Source of the DNA: Rhodospirillales bacterium
GTDB lineage: Bacteria; Pseudomonadota; Alphaproteobacteria; Bin95
Reading direction: 5' to 3'
Assembly: GCA_038143065.1 (NCBI GenBank)
Contig: JAYQLI010000035.1
Coordinates: 416,001-480,000 of the forward strand
Length of the DNA stretch: 64,000 nt
Shown: positions 54,869 through 64,000 of the stretch, in pieces
Layout of the letters: every line of letters begins with the position of its first letter
Position numbering within the stretch: position 1 is the stretch's first letter
Notes under the pieces: model-generated
What the model saw: only the letters and a program-made list of their open reading frames with translations
Database searches by the model: none
What the model was told of the DNA's origin: nothing
Program-made: the position numbers and the translations under genes

Positions 54869-55660
54869 TTATTGTGTTAAATGATCTTTTAACAACTTAT
54901 TGAATGCGTCGACATGTTCGAGAGACGCTAAATGATGCGCAGGATCAAGCCATTCAAGCTTTGAATTCTTTATTTTTGTGGCGAGTAAGTTACTTGTTTC
55001 AATGGGCACGCCAGGATCATTTTGCGATGCGCATACAAGCGTTGGGATTCTAAAATTTGGAAGATATTCCAAGGTGTTCAATTCGCACATGGCATCGGTG
55101 ATTGATGCAAAACTTTTTGGGTGCATATCATCAAGTTTTGAAGACATGTAAGAGTAACCATCGATCTTCTTTTCGATAGCTTCATCAGTAAACCAACGTT
55201 TCAAAAGGTCCTGCTTTATAGATTTCATTCCTTGTTTCATTACTAAAGCTGAGCGTGTCTTCCACAGTTGTTTTTGATCCTCAGAATAGATTGGGGTTGT
55301 ATTCAGCAAACATAATGATTGAACGCGTTTAGGATGATGAGCGGTAAGCATTTGGCTTATCATTCCACCCATTGATACTCCTACAATGTGCGCTTGAGAA
55401 ATATTGAGGTAGTCCATTAGTCCTACCAAATCAGAACATAATAAATTCAGAGAATAGGGGCCTTCTGTTCTTGTGCTAGCACCATGGCCTCTCACATCAA
55501 TGCAGATGGTATGAAAGCCCTCTGTAGCAGGTATATGAGGGCGCCAATATTTATGGTCTGCACAAAAGCAATGCAGCATAATAACGGTTGGGGAGCCTTG
55601 TGATCCGTGTTGTGAATAGGCGAGTTCTATCCCATTCGTGGTGGCATATTTGATGGACAT
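54869..55660 (-). CDS. Alpha/beta hydrolase (3-oxoadipate enol-lactonase PcaD-like)
   Basis: DVRGHGAS, nucleophile elbow GVSMGG and HHLASLE. Confidence 0.8.
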   Translation of the reverse strand: MSIKYATTNGIELAYSQHGSQGSPTVIMLHCFCADHKYWRPHIPATEGFHTICIDVRGHGASTRTEGPYSLNLLCSDLVGLMDYLNISQAHIVGVSMGGMISQMLTAHHPKRVQSLCLLNTTPIYSEDQKQLWKTRSALVMKQGMKSIKQDLLKRWFTDEAIEKKIDGYSYMSSKLDDMHPKSFASITDAMCELNTLEYLPNFRIPTLVCASQNDPGVPIETSNLLATKIKNSKLEWLDPAHHLASLEHVDAFNKLLKDHLTQ

Positions 55661-55686
55661 CGAGTTTATCTGCTTAGTTTTAAGAC

Positions 55687-56501
55687 TTAGGTGCTACTTA
55701 TTCGATCAATATGTTTTTTGAGGAGTGAGTTGAATTCTCTTGGTCTCTCAACGTTCGAGAAATGCTTCTGGCCATCGATAACATGAATGCTGGAGTTATT
55801 TATTTCTCTGTGCATCAGTTCTGATAAGGCCGGAGGAGTTACTTCATCATCTCCTGCTGCAATTATAGTAGTTGGGCATTTAATTTCCCGCAGTTTCGGT
55901 AGATAGTTTAGATCGCAAACTGCTGAAGTCCCACCAAGATAACCAACAGGGTTTGTGGATACAAAAATTTCGCGAATTTTTTCATACTCTTTTGAAGCTT
56001 TGTTTATGAAGTCATCCGTAAACCAAAGTCTTTTGGTCATTTCCCAGACTGGTGCCATTCCCTCTTTTCTTACTACCACTTGACGATCTGCAACCCATTG
56101 TCTGTACCCATCGGAGGCTTGGGGGTCGTATTACACAAACATAAACTATTAACCCTATTCGGAAATTTTATGGCTAATCCTTGTCCAATCATTCCACCCG
56201 TAGAGATACCAACCCAATTTATGGTTTTTATATTTAAGGCATCCAAAACGGCGACAGCATCATCAACAAATTCTGATAATGTGTAAGGGCCAGGTGGGGC
56301 TGACGAGTGACCATGTCCTCGCCAGTCATATGCAATTACCCTGAAATTTTCGGATAGCACAGCAATTTGTTGATCCCAAATGCGTAAACTTGTTCCCATT
56401 GCGTGCGCGAGTAAAATTGGTGGCGCTGAGATAGGTCCATGCTCTTCATAGTGAAATCTCAGATCGCCATTTGAAATAATTTTTCTATTTTGATCATCCA
56501 C
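55687..56501 (-). CDS. Second PcaD-like alpha/beta hydrolase; frameshift near 56120
   Basis: YDWRGHG, GISTGG and HFSNVERP motifs. Confidence 0.8.
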
Positions 56502-57526
56502 TATATAGCCTCCTCACCATCAAAATATTTGACAATTACTTTGCCCTGATGGGAGCCGGAAAGCATTCCATTTAATGCATCTACAGTGTTGCGAAGACCA
56601 GAAATTACCTGGTGATGACTTGTAATTAGTTTTTGTTCACAAAGAAGTTTCATCTGCTTTTGGGCAAATTTCCAACGCTCTGGATATGAATATCGCGAAA
56701 ATCCATAGACCGTTGCTTCTTTCGCCCATAGTTGCCGCATATTTACCATATCAATTTCAGGGTTCTCAGAAATATTTGAAATAGTTCTGCCAACTACAAG
56801 TACGCGGGCGTGTTTTGCGAGGTATTCAAAGATCGTGTCTGTAACTGGGCCCCCTGTTGTATCAAAGACCTGATGGATCCCGTTAGTGCAAATATCGCTA
56901 AGGTGGTTCACAAAAGATGGGTTGTTATAATTCAAACAAAAATCTGCCTTTAAATTTTGTTCAACAAATTTGCACTTTGAATCAGATCCGCAAACACCGA
57001 TAACGTTCATGTTTGCCAACTTGCCGAGTTGGACTGCATACATTCCAACTGCGGCAGCTGCCGACGTTACGACCATAGTTTGACCAGGTGTATTTCTGCC
57101 AAAAAGGTCAAGGCAAGTATAGGCTGTTAGCCCCGGGGAACTAAGTGCAGTTAGTGATAAAAGTGGGTCATTTAGTTCTGGAATTGGTGAGATTTCAGCG
57201 GGGGAAACATCGGCATATCTCTGCCATCCAAGTCGGCCAACTACATGCTGACCAATTTTTAACTTACCTGTATATGAGGAATGTATTTGAATAATCTCAC
57301 CAAGAACATCACAATCGATCAACTCACCAATTTCGAATGGTGTTGTATAGTTCTTGAAGTCCTTCATTCGTTGCAATTGCCATGGAGAAAGCGCAACGTA
57401 ATTTATCCGTATTCTGATAGCGCTATCTCTTAATTCTCCCATAACTATCTGAGAAATTTCAAAATCATCTGGTGCCGGCAAGCCTACTGGCCGTTTTTTG
57501 AGGATGATTTGTTCATTTAACAACAT
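56501..57526 (-). CDS. NADP-dependent alkenal/prostaglandin reductase-like MDR oxidoreductase
   Basis: KRPVGLP..DDF, GWQRY, PGLTAY and GKVIVK motifs. Confidence 0.8.
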   Translation of the reverse strand: MLLNEQIILKKRPVGLPAPDDFEISQIVMGELRDSAIRIRINYVALSPWQLQRMKDFKNYTTPFEIGELIDCDVLGEIIQIHSSYTGKLKIGQHVVGRLGWQRYADVSPAEISPIPELNDPLLSLTALSSPGLTAYTCLDLFGRNTPGQTMVVTSAAAAVGMYAVQLGKLANMNVIGVCGSDSKCKFVEQNLKADFCLNYNNPSFVNHLSDICTNGIHQVFDTTGGPVTDTIFEYLAKHARVLVVGRTISNISENPEIDMVNMRQLWAKEATVYGFSRYSYPERWKFAQKQMKLLCEQKLITSHHQVISGLRNTVDALNGMLSGSHQGKVIVKYFDGEEAI

Positions 57527-57697
57527 GAGTTTGAAGCACCTTTTAATTTTGGAATTCTTAAATAACTCATAGAGCGCCGCAAGTGTCAGACGAGGAATTT
57601 TTGTTTGGGCTCAATGGTTTGGGAACTTTGAGAGTGGCCCTTTTAGTTTATGAAGCGTCAAGCTGACTTAAAAGTTTGAGTATATATGCACACCCTT

Positions 57698-58630
57698 TTA
57701 TGAGCTCAGACGGCGGTCCTTGGCCTGCTGATAATAGGTGAGATCAAGATATTTGGATGGATCATTAAGCTGGCGTCCACCATATTGGCTTCGAAGCTCG
57801 AGAACGGTGTTAAACCCGTTTTGATCTATGCTAGCGAATGGGGTTAATCCGGTATCCGGAGAAAGTAGTTTGTCCATTACTTTATCGATAGCTTTAGCGT
57901 TGATGTTAGGCATATTGCGGAGAAGAATTTCAGTCGCAGTCTGTCTGTTTTCAGAGTCCAATGTCCATTCCAGACTATTCAGATACCCTGTGATAAAACC
58001 AAGAAGCGCTTCACTATTTCCTTTTGCCCAATTCTTTCGCGCTGCAAAGCTACCACCCTGATAGGCTTTTACTGTTTGTAGGCTCGATTCCAGAATTTTG
58101 AACCCGGCAGCCTTGGCCATGGCAGTGAAGGGTTCAATGGTTAGGGTCCCTATATGTTCACCAGTTTTTACAGATTCCCATCTCTCAGGTGTTGCCCCAA
58201 CGGCAACCATAGTTATGTCGTTTAGATCGACACCAGCATTTTCCAGCATCCGATATAAAATAAAGGCAAAGCCCGTGGACAAAGCATCCAAGGCAATAGT
58301 TTTGCCTCTTAAGTCAGCGAAGCTTTGAATATCTGGCGAGACAACGAAAGACAGTTCCAACTGTGTTGCGCCCATAAAGGCAAAAATATCCGATTTCTCG
58401 CTTAAAGTAATAGCTCCCTGATTTTCTGTGTAGGCTACAACGTTATCGATGGCCGTGCCTGCGATTTGATACTTTCCCTTCATGAGGTGCTCAATCTGAT
58501 AGACCGAACTAGGCGTTGTATTCAAATTTGCTCTAACCCCTGCGGCTTCAAAAAATCCCAATTCTTGGCCGACAAAAATTGGTAAATTTGGTGCGCCTGG
58601 AAAATTGATTAATTGCAAATCAATAGTCAT
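57698..58630 (-). CDS. NMT1/THI5-like ABC substrate-binding protein
   Basis: P.FVG...GFF..G, AIDNVVAY, DLRGKTIALDA..TGF and GAT.ER motifs. Confidence 0.8.
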   Translation of the reverse strand: MTIDLQLINFPGAPNLPIFVGQELGFFEAAGVRANLNTTPSSVYQIEHLMKGKYQIAGTAIDNVVAYTENQGAITLSEKSDIFAFMGATQLELSFVVSPDIQSFADLRGKTIALDALSTGFAFILYRMLENAGVDLNDITMVAVGATPERWESVKTGEHIGTLTIEPFTAMAKAAGFKILESSLQTVKAYQGGSFAARKNWAKGNSEALLGFITGYLNSLEWTLDSENRQTATEILLRNMPNINAKAIDKVMDKLLSPDTGLTPFASIDQNGFNTVLELRSQYGGRQLNDPSKYLDLTYYQQAKDRRLSS

Positions 58631-58643
58631 CGAAAAATCCTTT

Positions 58644-61033
58644 TTAATGGTCTTCTGGTCGATGGATTGCTTGCCAGACTTTTAATGGGGTAATTGGCAT
58701 CTTTAGATCGCGCACCCCATAAGGCCGGAGCGCATCTACTAAAGCATTAACGACTGCGGCTAGTGCGCCCGTTGTACCGCCTTCGCCGCCAGCCTTGACC
58801 CCAAGCGGGTTAGTGGGTGAGGGGACCTCGTTAAGTGCAGTAATAAACATGGGGAAGTGGTCGGCTCGTGGCATGCCGTAGTCCATAAAACTTCCACACA
58901 TTGGCTGACCAGTTTTTGGATCAATGGCACATTGCTCGAAAAGAGCCTGACCAATTCCTTGTACCGCGCCTCCGTGGGTCTGACCTTCAACGATTAGAGG
59001 GTTGATTGCACGGCCTACATCATCGATGGCTACATACTTGGTAATAGTCATGCAGCATGTTTCGGGATCTACCTCTATCTCACAGACTTGGGCGCCGTTA
59101 GGAAATACTTGGGTATGCATCTCGTTACTGAGGCGCACTTGCAAAGGACCTTTTAAATTGTCTGGTAGTCTGGCCTGAAATGCTGGATCAGTCAGAGCAG
59201 ATGCTATTTCAAACAGGTCGAGTGTTTTGTTTCCATTAATTGTTGAGAAAATGCCGTCAGAAAACTCGATTTTGTCTCTGTCCACATTCATTAAAAAAGC
59301 AGCAATTCTTTTGCTGCGGTCAATCAATTCATCGGCGGCTTTTACAATCACTGTTCCAGCCATCCGCATGGACCGTCCGGAATGAGATCCTCCGCCATGT
59401 TTCACAATTTCTGTATCGCCTAGAATAATGTTTATCCTGTCCACGGGAATGCTTAGCCAGTCTGCTGCAACTTGAGCAAAGCTAGTTTCATGTCCCTGAC
59501 CGCTAGGCTGAGTACCAATGATGACTTCAGCATAACCGGGAGAGTTGGAGTTCGGCGCTTTGATATTAATAACGGCCTCTTCAACTGGCGATCCGGTTGA
59601 TGACTCAACGTAGTTGCAAAATCCCCGTCCCAATAGTTTGCCGCGTGCTTCTGCTTTTGCCCTGCGGTCGTCAAAATTATCCCAATCAGCCAGCTGTATG
59701 GCGATTTCCATATTACGTTTGTAGTCTCCAGAGTCATACTGTGCGCCAATTGGATTGCGATATGGCATCTGGCAAGACTGGATCAAATTGCGCTGCCGAA
59801 GTTCGATAGGATCGAAGCCAAAATCATGAGCTGCTGTATCGATTAGACGTTCAATTGCAAAGGTTACCTCTGGCCGACCTGATGAACGATAAGCCTGAGT
59901 TGGAACAGTATTTGAGAAAACTGCGCGGGCACGGACCGTTGCCGCCGGAATGTGGTAATTTCCAGAAACCAGTGCGGAGCCTTTGCCTAAGGGTGAGAGA
60001 GAAACGATGCGTGCACCAACGTTAGAAATGTTGTCTGCACGCATTGCCAGAAACCTCCCGGTATCATCCATGGCAAGTTCAACTTTGGTCACCAGGTCAC
60101 GCCCTTGATAATCAGATAGAAAAGCTTCCGATCGATCACAGGTAAATTTTACCGGTTTGCCGAGAACTAAGGCTGCATGAACAACTAATGGGAAACTCCA
60201 CGTAAACACGATTGCGGGTTCCAAAATTTCCGCCGACATCTTTGGAGATAACCCGAAGTTTATCGGCCTCTAATCCAAGAGTTTTTATAATCTCATTTTT
60301 TTGGCGTACGGCACCGCCGCTACCGGCGTAGAGAGTAATTGTTCCTGTTGCCAGATTAGGAACCGCCAAGAGCACTTCTTGGTTCTAAGGGTACTCCGGT
60401 CACGCGATCAACATGAAAGTCCATTTGTATTATGTGTGCAGCATTGGCAAATGCCCTGTCGGTAGCTGCTGGATCACCGAAAATCTTATCGACGGGAGTA
60501 TTTCCTGGCACTTCCTCCCAGATTGCTGGCTTATTAACTTCCGCTGCTGAGATTGTGTTTGTCACCCAAGGCAGTTGCTCGTATTCGATCTCTAATGCTT
60601 CTGCTGCGTCTTTGGCTTGGTGGCGTGTATTTGCAACAACCATTGCAACGGCCTCTCCCACGTGCCGCGCCTTATCATAAGGGAGAGGAATATGTGGACC
60701 GATAAATATATCGCTATCATTAGGGCCGCGAAGTTTTAGATCATTGTCAGTCTTGGGAATAGGATTGTGCGGAATTCCCTCCATGTCCGCTGATTGACAG
60801 TCGGCGCCCGTGATGACTAAGCGCACACCATCCATCGCCATAACAGCATCTTTTTTAATCGAAACGATGCGCGCATGCGGATAGGGTGACCGAACCATGA
60901 CGGCATAGAGCTGTCCCGACAACGAAAAATCATCACTGAACGAGCCTCTGCCCGTGACCAGCCGAAAATCCTCTTTCCGCTTGTTTGGCCGCCCAATTTC
61001 CCGAAACTTGGCTACCAAGGGCTCATTGGGCAT
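58644..61033 (-). CDS. Xanthine dehydrogenase-family molybdopterin-binding large subunit (CoxL/CutL-like); two frameshifts
   Basis: RKED.RLVTG.G, VRSPYPHA, DVGGNFG, AYRSSGRPE, GQGHET, GQTHGG..QG.G and KAGGEGG motifs. Confidence 0.9.
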
Positions 61034-61059
61034 TTATTCTACTCACCAGATTGATGGTC

Positions 61060-62027
61060 TCAAACAGAGAAGACTGTTGAGCCTGTTGTCTCTCTAGCTT
61101 CAAGCGCTCGGTGGGCCTCTTTAACCTCACTCAGAGCGTATGTTTGATTTATTTCAATCTTTACGCCATCACGCACAGCTGTGAACAAAGCGTTAGCGAT
61201 TTCGAGGGTTAGTTCGCGCGTGGCTGTGTGTGGTGCCAGTCCAGGGCGTGTGAAATACAAGGCCTTGCTGGCAAGTGATGCTCCCGACACTGGTGCTATA
61301 GCTCCAGATGCCGCACCGAAGTTCACATAAGTGCCAAAGCGCCCTAGGCAGTCTAGGGAACCTTCTTGGACTGCTGCCCCAACGCCATCATATACGACTG
61401 GTAGGCCATCGCCGCTGGTCAACTCCAAAACTTGTTTTGTAAAATCCTCACGAGTGTAAACAATTGGGTGATCACAGCCATAGGCTTTGGCTAGTTCTGC
61501 CTTTTCGTCGCTGCCAACCGTACCAATTACCCTAACGCCTCTTTGCTTGAGCCACTGACAGGCAATCAAGCCAACACCGCCAGCTGCTGCGTGTACTAGA
61601 GCAGTCTCGCCAGCTTGAACTTTATAGGTTCGATTAATCAGGTAGGAGACCGTCAATCCTTTCAGCAGCATACCTGCGGCTTGCGTGTCACTAACGTCGT
61701 CTGGCAGTGGGATAAGTCGCTCCGCAGGGTATACGCGTTCTTCGGCATAGGAACCTGGGGGCCCATGACATATCCGACCCTACTACCCACCTTAACGTGG
61801 TCTACTCCTTCACCAATCGCTTCGACAACGCCAACGCCCTCCATGCCAATGCGAGCAGGTAGGTCTAATTTGTATCCTCCAGAGCGTTGATAGACATCAA
61901 TATAGTTTAAGCCTACAGCTGTTTGTCTGATTAAGGCCTCACCGGGCTTAGGGTTTACCTCGGCTACTTTTTCCCAGCGCATCACCTCAGGACCGCCTTG
62001 TTCATAGACTTGTATTGCATAAGGCAT
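61060..62027 (-). CDS. qor: Quinone oxidoreductase (zeta-crystallin-like); frameshift near 61755
   Basis: GGPEV, GLNYIDVY.RSG, LKGLT, HAAAGGVG and R.TTGS motifs. Confidence 0.88.
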
Positions 62028-62228
62028 CGAAATTAACCCTCCAGAGAATAAGACAGATAGTTTTTGCAACTAAGCCGCTATGAATACCAAGTAATTTTTG
62101 TCATCCGCAAAAATCATAGCAATCTTATTATGCAAAGAAGATTTACCTGCTGAGCGCTTTTTGGATAGGAGAATGTGATAAAAAATCTGTTGATAGGCGT
62201 TCTTCAGTGACATGGCGGCAGTTGAGGC

Positions 62229-63404
62229 TCATTTCTGTAGCGTTAGACGTATAAGCTGCCCGTCAGGCGAGTCCGTCAGGATATATAAATAGCCGTCTGG
62301 TCCTTGGCGAACATCACGAATGCGTTCCTCTAGATCCGTCAGAATCCTCTCTTCACCGACGACTTTTTCTCCACGAAGGGTAAGGCGCACTAACATCTGG
62401 TCCTTCAAAGCACCGATAAAGAGATTGTCTTTCCAAGCTGGAAAGACAGCCCCTGTATAGAACGCCATCCCCGATGGCGCGATGGACGGGTCCCAATAGT
62501 AGATGGGTTGTTCCATGCCGTCTTTGTGCGTGCCCTCACCGATCTTCAGTCCGGAATAATGACGCCCATAGGATATAATGGGCCAGCCATAATTCCGCCC
62601 GGCGCGTGGTATGTTGATTTCGTCGCCGCCGCGTGCGCCATGTTCGACTGTCCATAATTCGCCTGTGGTTGGATGTAGTGCGGCGCCTTGTGGATTGCGG
62701 TGTCCCATGGACCAGACTTCGGGGCGGTGACTCGGCCTACCGAAAAATGGATTATTCTTTGGAACAGTACCGTCCGGTTTGATCCGGTTGATTTGGCCGC
62801 GATTGATTTTTGGATTTTGAACCTGGTCTCGTTGTCCCCGGTCACCGGTCGTGATGAACAAATTTCCGTCGCGCGCGATCACGATACGAGAGCCGAAATG
62901 CCGCCCGTCGTCTGATTTCGGGTGTTGGGAAAACAGAACACGCACGTCCCTCAAAGACATGGTCGGCAGGTCTAATACAGCGCGTGCCAAAGCCGTGCCG
63001 CTGCCATCGGGGCCTGGCTCAGAATATGTAAAATAGATGAGGCCGCTCTCAGAGAAGTTAGGGCTGAGTGCGATGTCCAACAGCCCACCTTGTCCTTCGG
63101 CTATAATCTTGGGCAATCCGGAAATTGGATCAGATAAGGTGCCATTGGCAGAAACGATGCGAAGCAGCCCGGACCGCTCGGTTACCAAAAATCTGTTGTC
63201 AGGCAAAAACGCAAGGCCCCAGGGGTGATCCAAGTCGCTGGTGATTGCCTGAAGCCTTACGGTGTAATGTTTTGTTGGAATTAGCGTTTTGGCGGAAAGA
63301 GATGCGCCATTCCAAAGAGAGCAGGTTAACAGGGAAATAAAAAACACAAGCATGTAGCGTTGATCGTCTAAAGTCCTGCGCTTCATTGCCTTTCTCTCCG
63401 CCAT
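62229..63404 (-). CDS. PQQ-dependent aldose sugar dehydrogenase (YliI/Asd family)
   Basis: LDHPWGLAFLP, GQGGLLD, HFGSRI, GHRNPQG, EHG.RGGDEIN, NYGWP and RIRDV motifs. Confidence 0.92.
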   Translation of the reverse strand: MAERKAMKRRTLDDQRYMLVFFISLLTCSLWNGASLSAKTLIPTKHYTVRLQAITSDLDHPWGLAFLPDNRFLVTERSGLLRIVSANGTLSDPISGLPKIIAEGQGGLLDIALSPNFSESGLIYFTYSEPGPDGSGTALARAVLDLPTMSLRDVRVLFSQHPKSDDGRHFGSRIVIARDGNLFITTGDRGQRDQVQNPKINRGQINRIKPDGTVPKNNPFFGRPSHRPEVWSMGHRNPQGAALHPTTGELWTVEHGARGGDEINIPRAGRNYGWPIISYGRHYSGLKIGEGTHKDGMEQPIYYWDPSIAPSGMAFYTGAVFPAWKDNLFIGALKDQMLVRLTLRGEKVVGEERILTDLEERIRDVRQGPDGYLYILTDSPDGQLIRLTLQK

Positions 63405-63508
63405 AAATTGGCGATAACCATCTGATTAATGCAAAGAGTGTGAACCAGATGGATTGCGCTGGTTCACGCCTAAGCTTGTACTGGTAATTAAATCCGAACC
63501 ACGCGGAC

Positions 63509-63904
63509 TTATTTTTTAGGTGTCAAAGTAATGTTTACCGGTGAGGTGTATTTGTTATCAGCACCGGTTGCAGAGTCTATTCCCCAACCAACTACACCTC
63601 CGAGAAGAATGTTTCCTAAAGTTGCTTTAGCGTTTCCGGATTTGTTTATGTAGGTGGTTTCGTCATAACCATCTTTGTTACATCTAATCGTAATATCTTC
63701 TTTCGTTTTAGAAACTAATGCTGCTCCGGGTGTTGGATTGACACGAGCAATGTTTGTTCCCTTTCGTTCTACTCCACAATCAGCACCTGAAGGATTTGTA
63801 TTGATTACAATTTCCTGACTGGTGCCATCCACAATTGTTGAACACGCTCCTAAAGATAGAGACGAGACAACTAGAGCGAGAGACAAACCCTTCTTGAGAT
63901 CCAT
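63509..63904 (-). CDS. Hypothetical lipoprotein
   Basis: Lipobox LSLGA-C, paired Cys, and the glycine-rich GNILLGG.VG.GID..TGA segment. Confidence 0.75.
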   Translation of the reverse strand: MDLKKGLSLALVVSSLSLGACSTIVDGTSQEIVINTNPSGADCGVERKGTNIARVNPTPGAALVSKTKEDITIRCNKDGYDETTYINKSGNAKATLGNILLGGVVGWGIDSATGADNKYTSPVNITLTPKK

Positions 63905-64000
63905 TTTTAATTTCCATCAAACTTATCAATTTAGGAGATTTCAAACCCATTTTGACCAACTGTCAAACCGCTATCTTCTTAATCAATTCATGCCATTGGA

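Noticed and set aside
58644-61033. Aerobic CO dehydrogenase CoxL
   Set aside because: Lacks the AYxCSFR Cu-binding motif and has no coxM/coxS neighbours.
1-64000. CRISPR arrays, integrases, transposases, prophage or rRNA genes
   Set aside because: No regularly spaced repeats or matching motifs seen by eye.

Overview
Chromosomal segment of a heterotrophic Alphaproteobacterium, probably marine. The taxonomic call is inferred from the ruvX-gatCAB, Rrf2-sufBCDST-sufA and yhdP-glnE-bcp gene orders and from the RF2 N-terminus. Many genes, including essential ones (gatA, sufB), are split by single-base indels that often lie in homopolymers. Most frameshifts are therefore probably long-read errors, and I joined the fragments by eye. 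Core loci are gatCAB, tRNA-Ser(GCT), the SUF operon, glnE/bcp and prfB with its programmed +1 frameshift. They are interspersed with many catabolic enzymes of unknown substrate. Two items stand out. (1) Directly after tRNA-Ser lies an approximately 1,050-aa multidomain nitric oxide synthase: tandem cyclic-nucleotide-binding domains, a BFD-like [2Fe-2S] domain, an FNR-type FAD/NAD(P)H reductase and a NOS oxygenase. It is a candidate self-sufficient, cNMP-gated bacterial NOS. (2) An OsmC-like gene has its apparent TGA stop at the second catalytic Cys position, followed by a SECIS-like hairpin, so it is a likely selenoprotein. All calls come from motif recognition without database searches.
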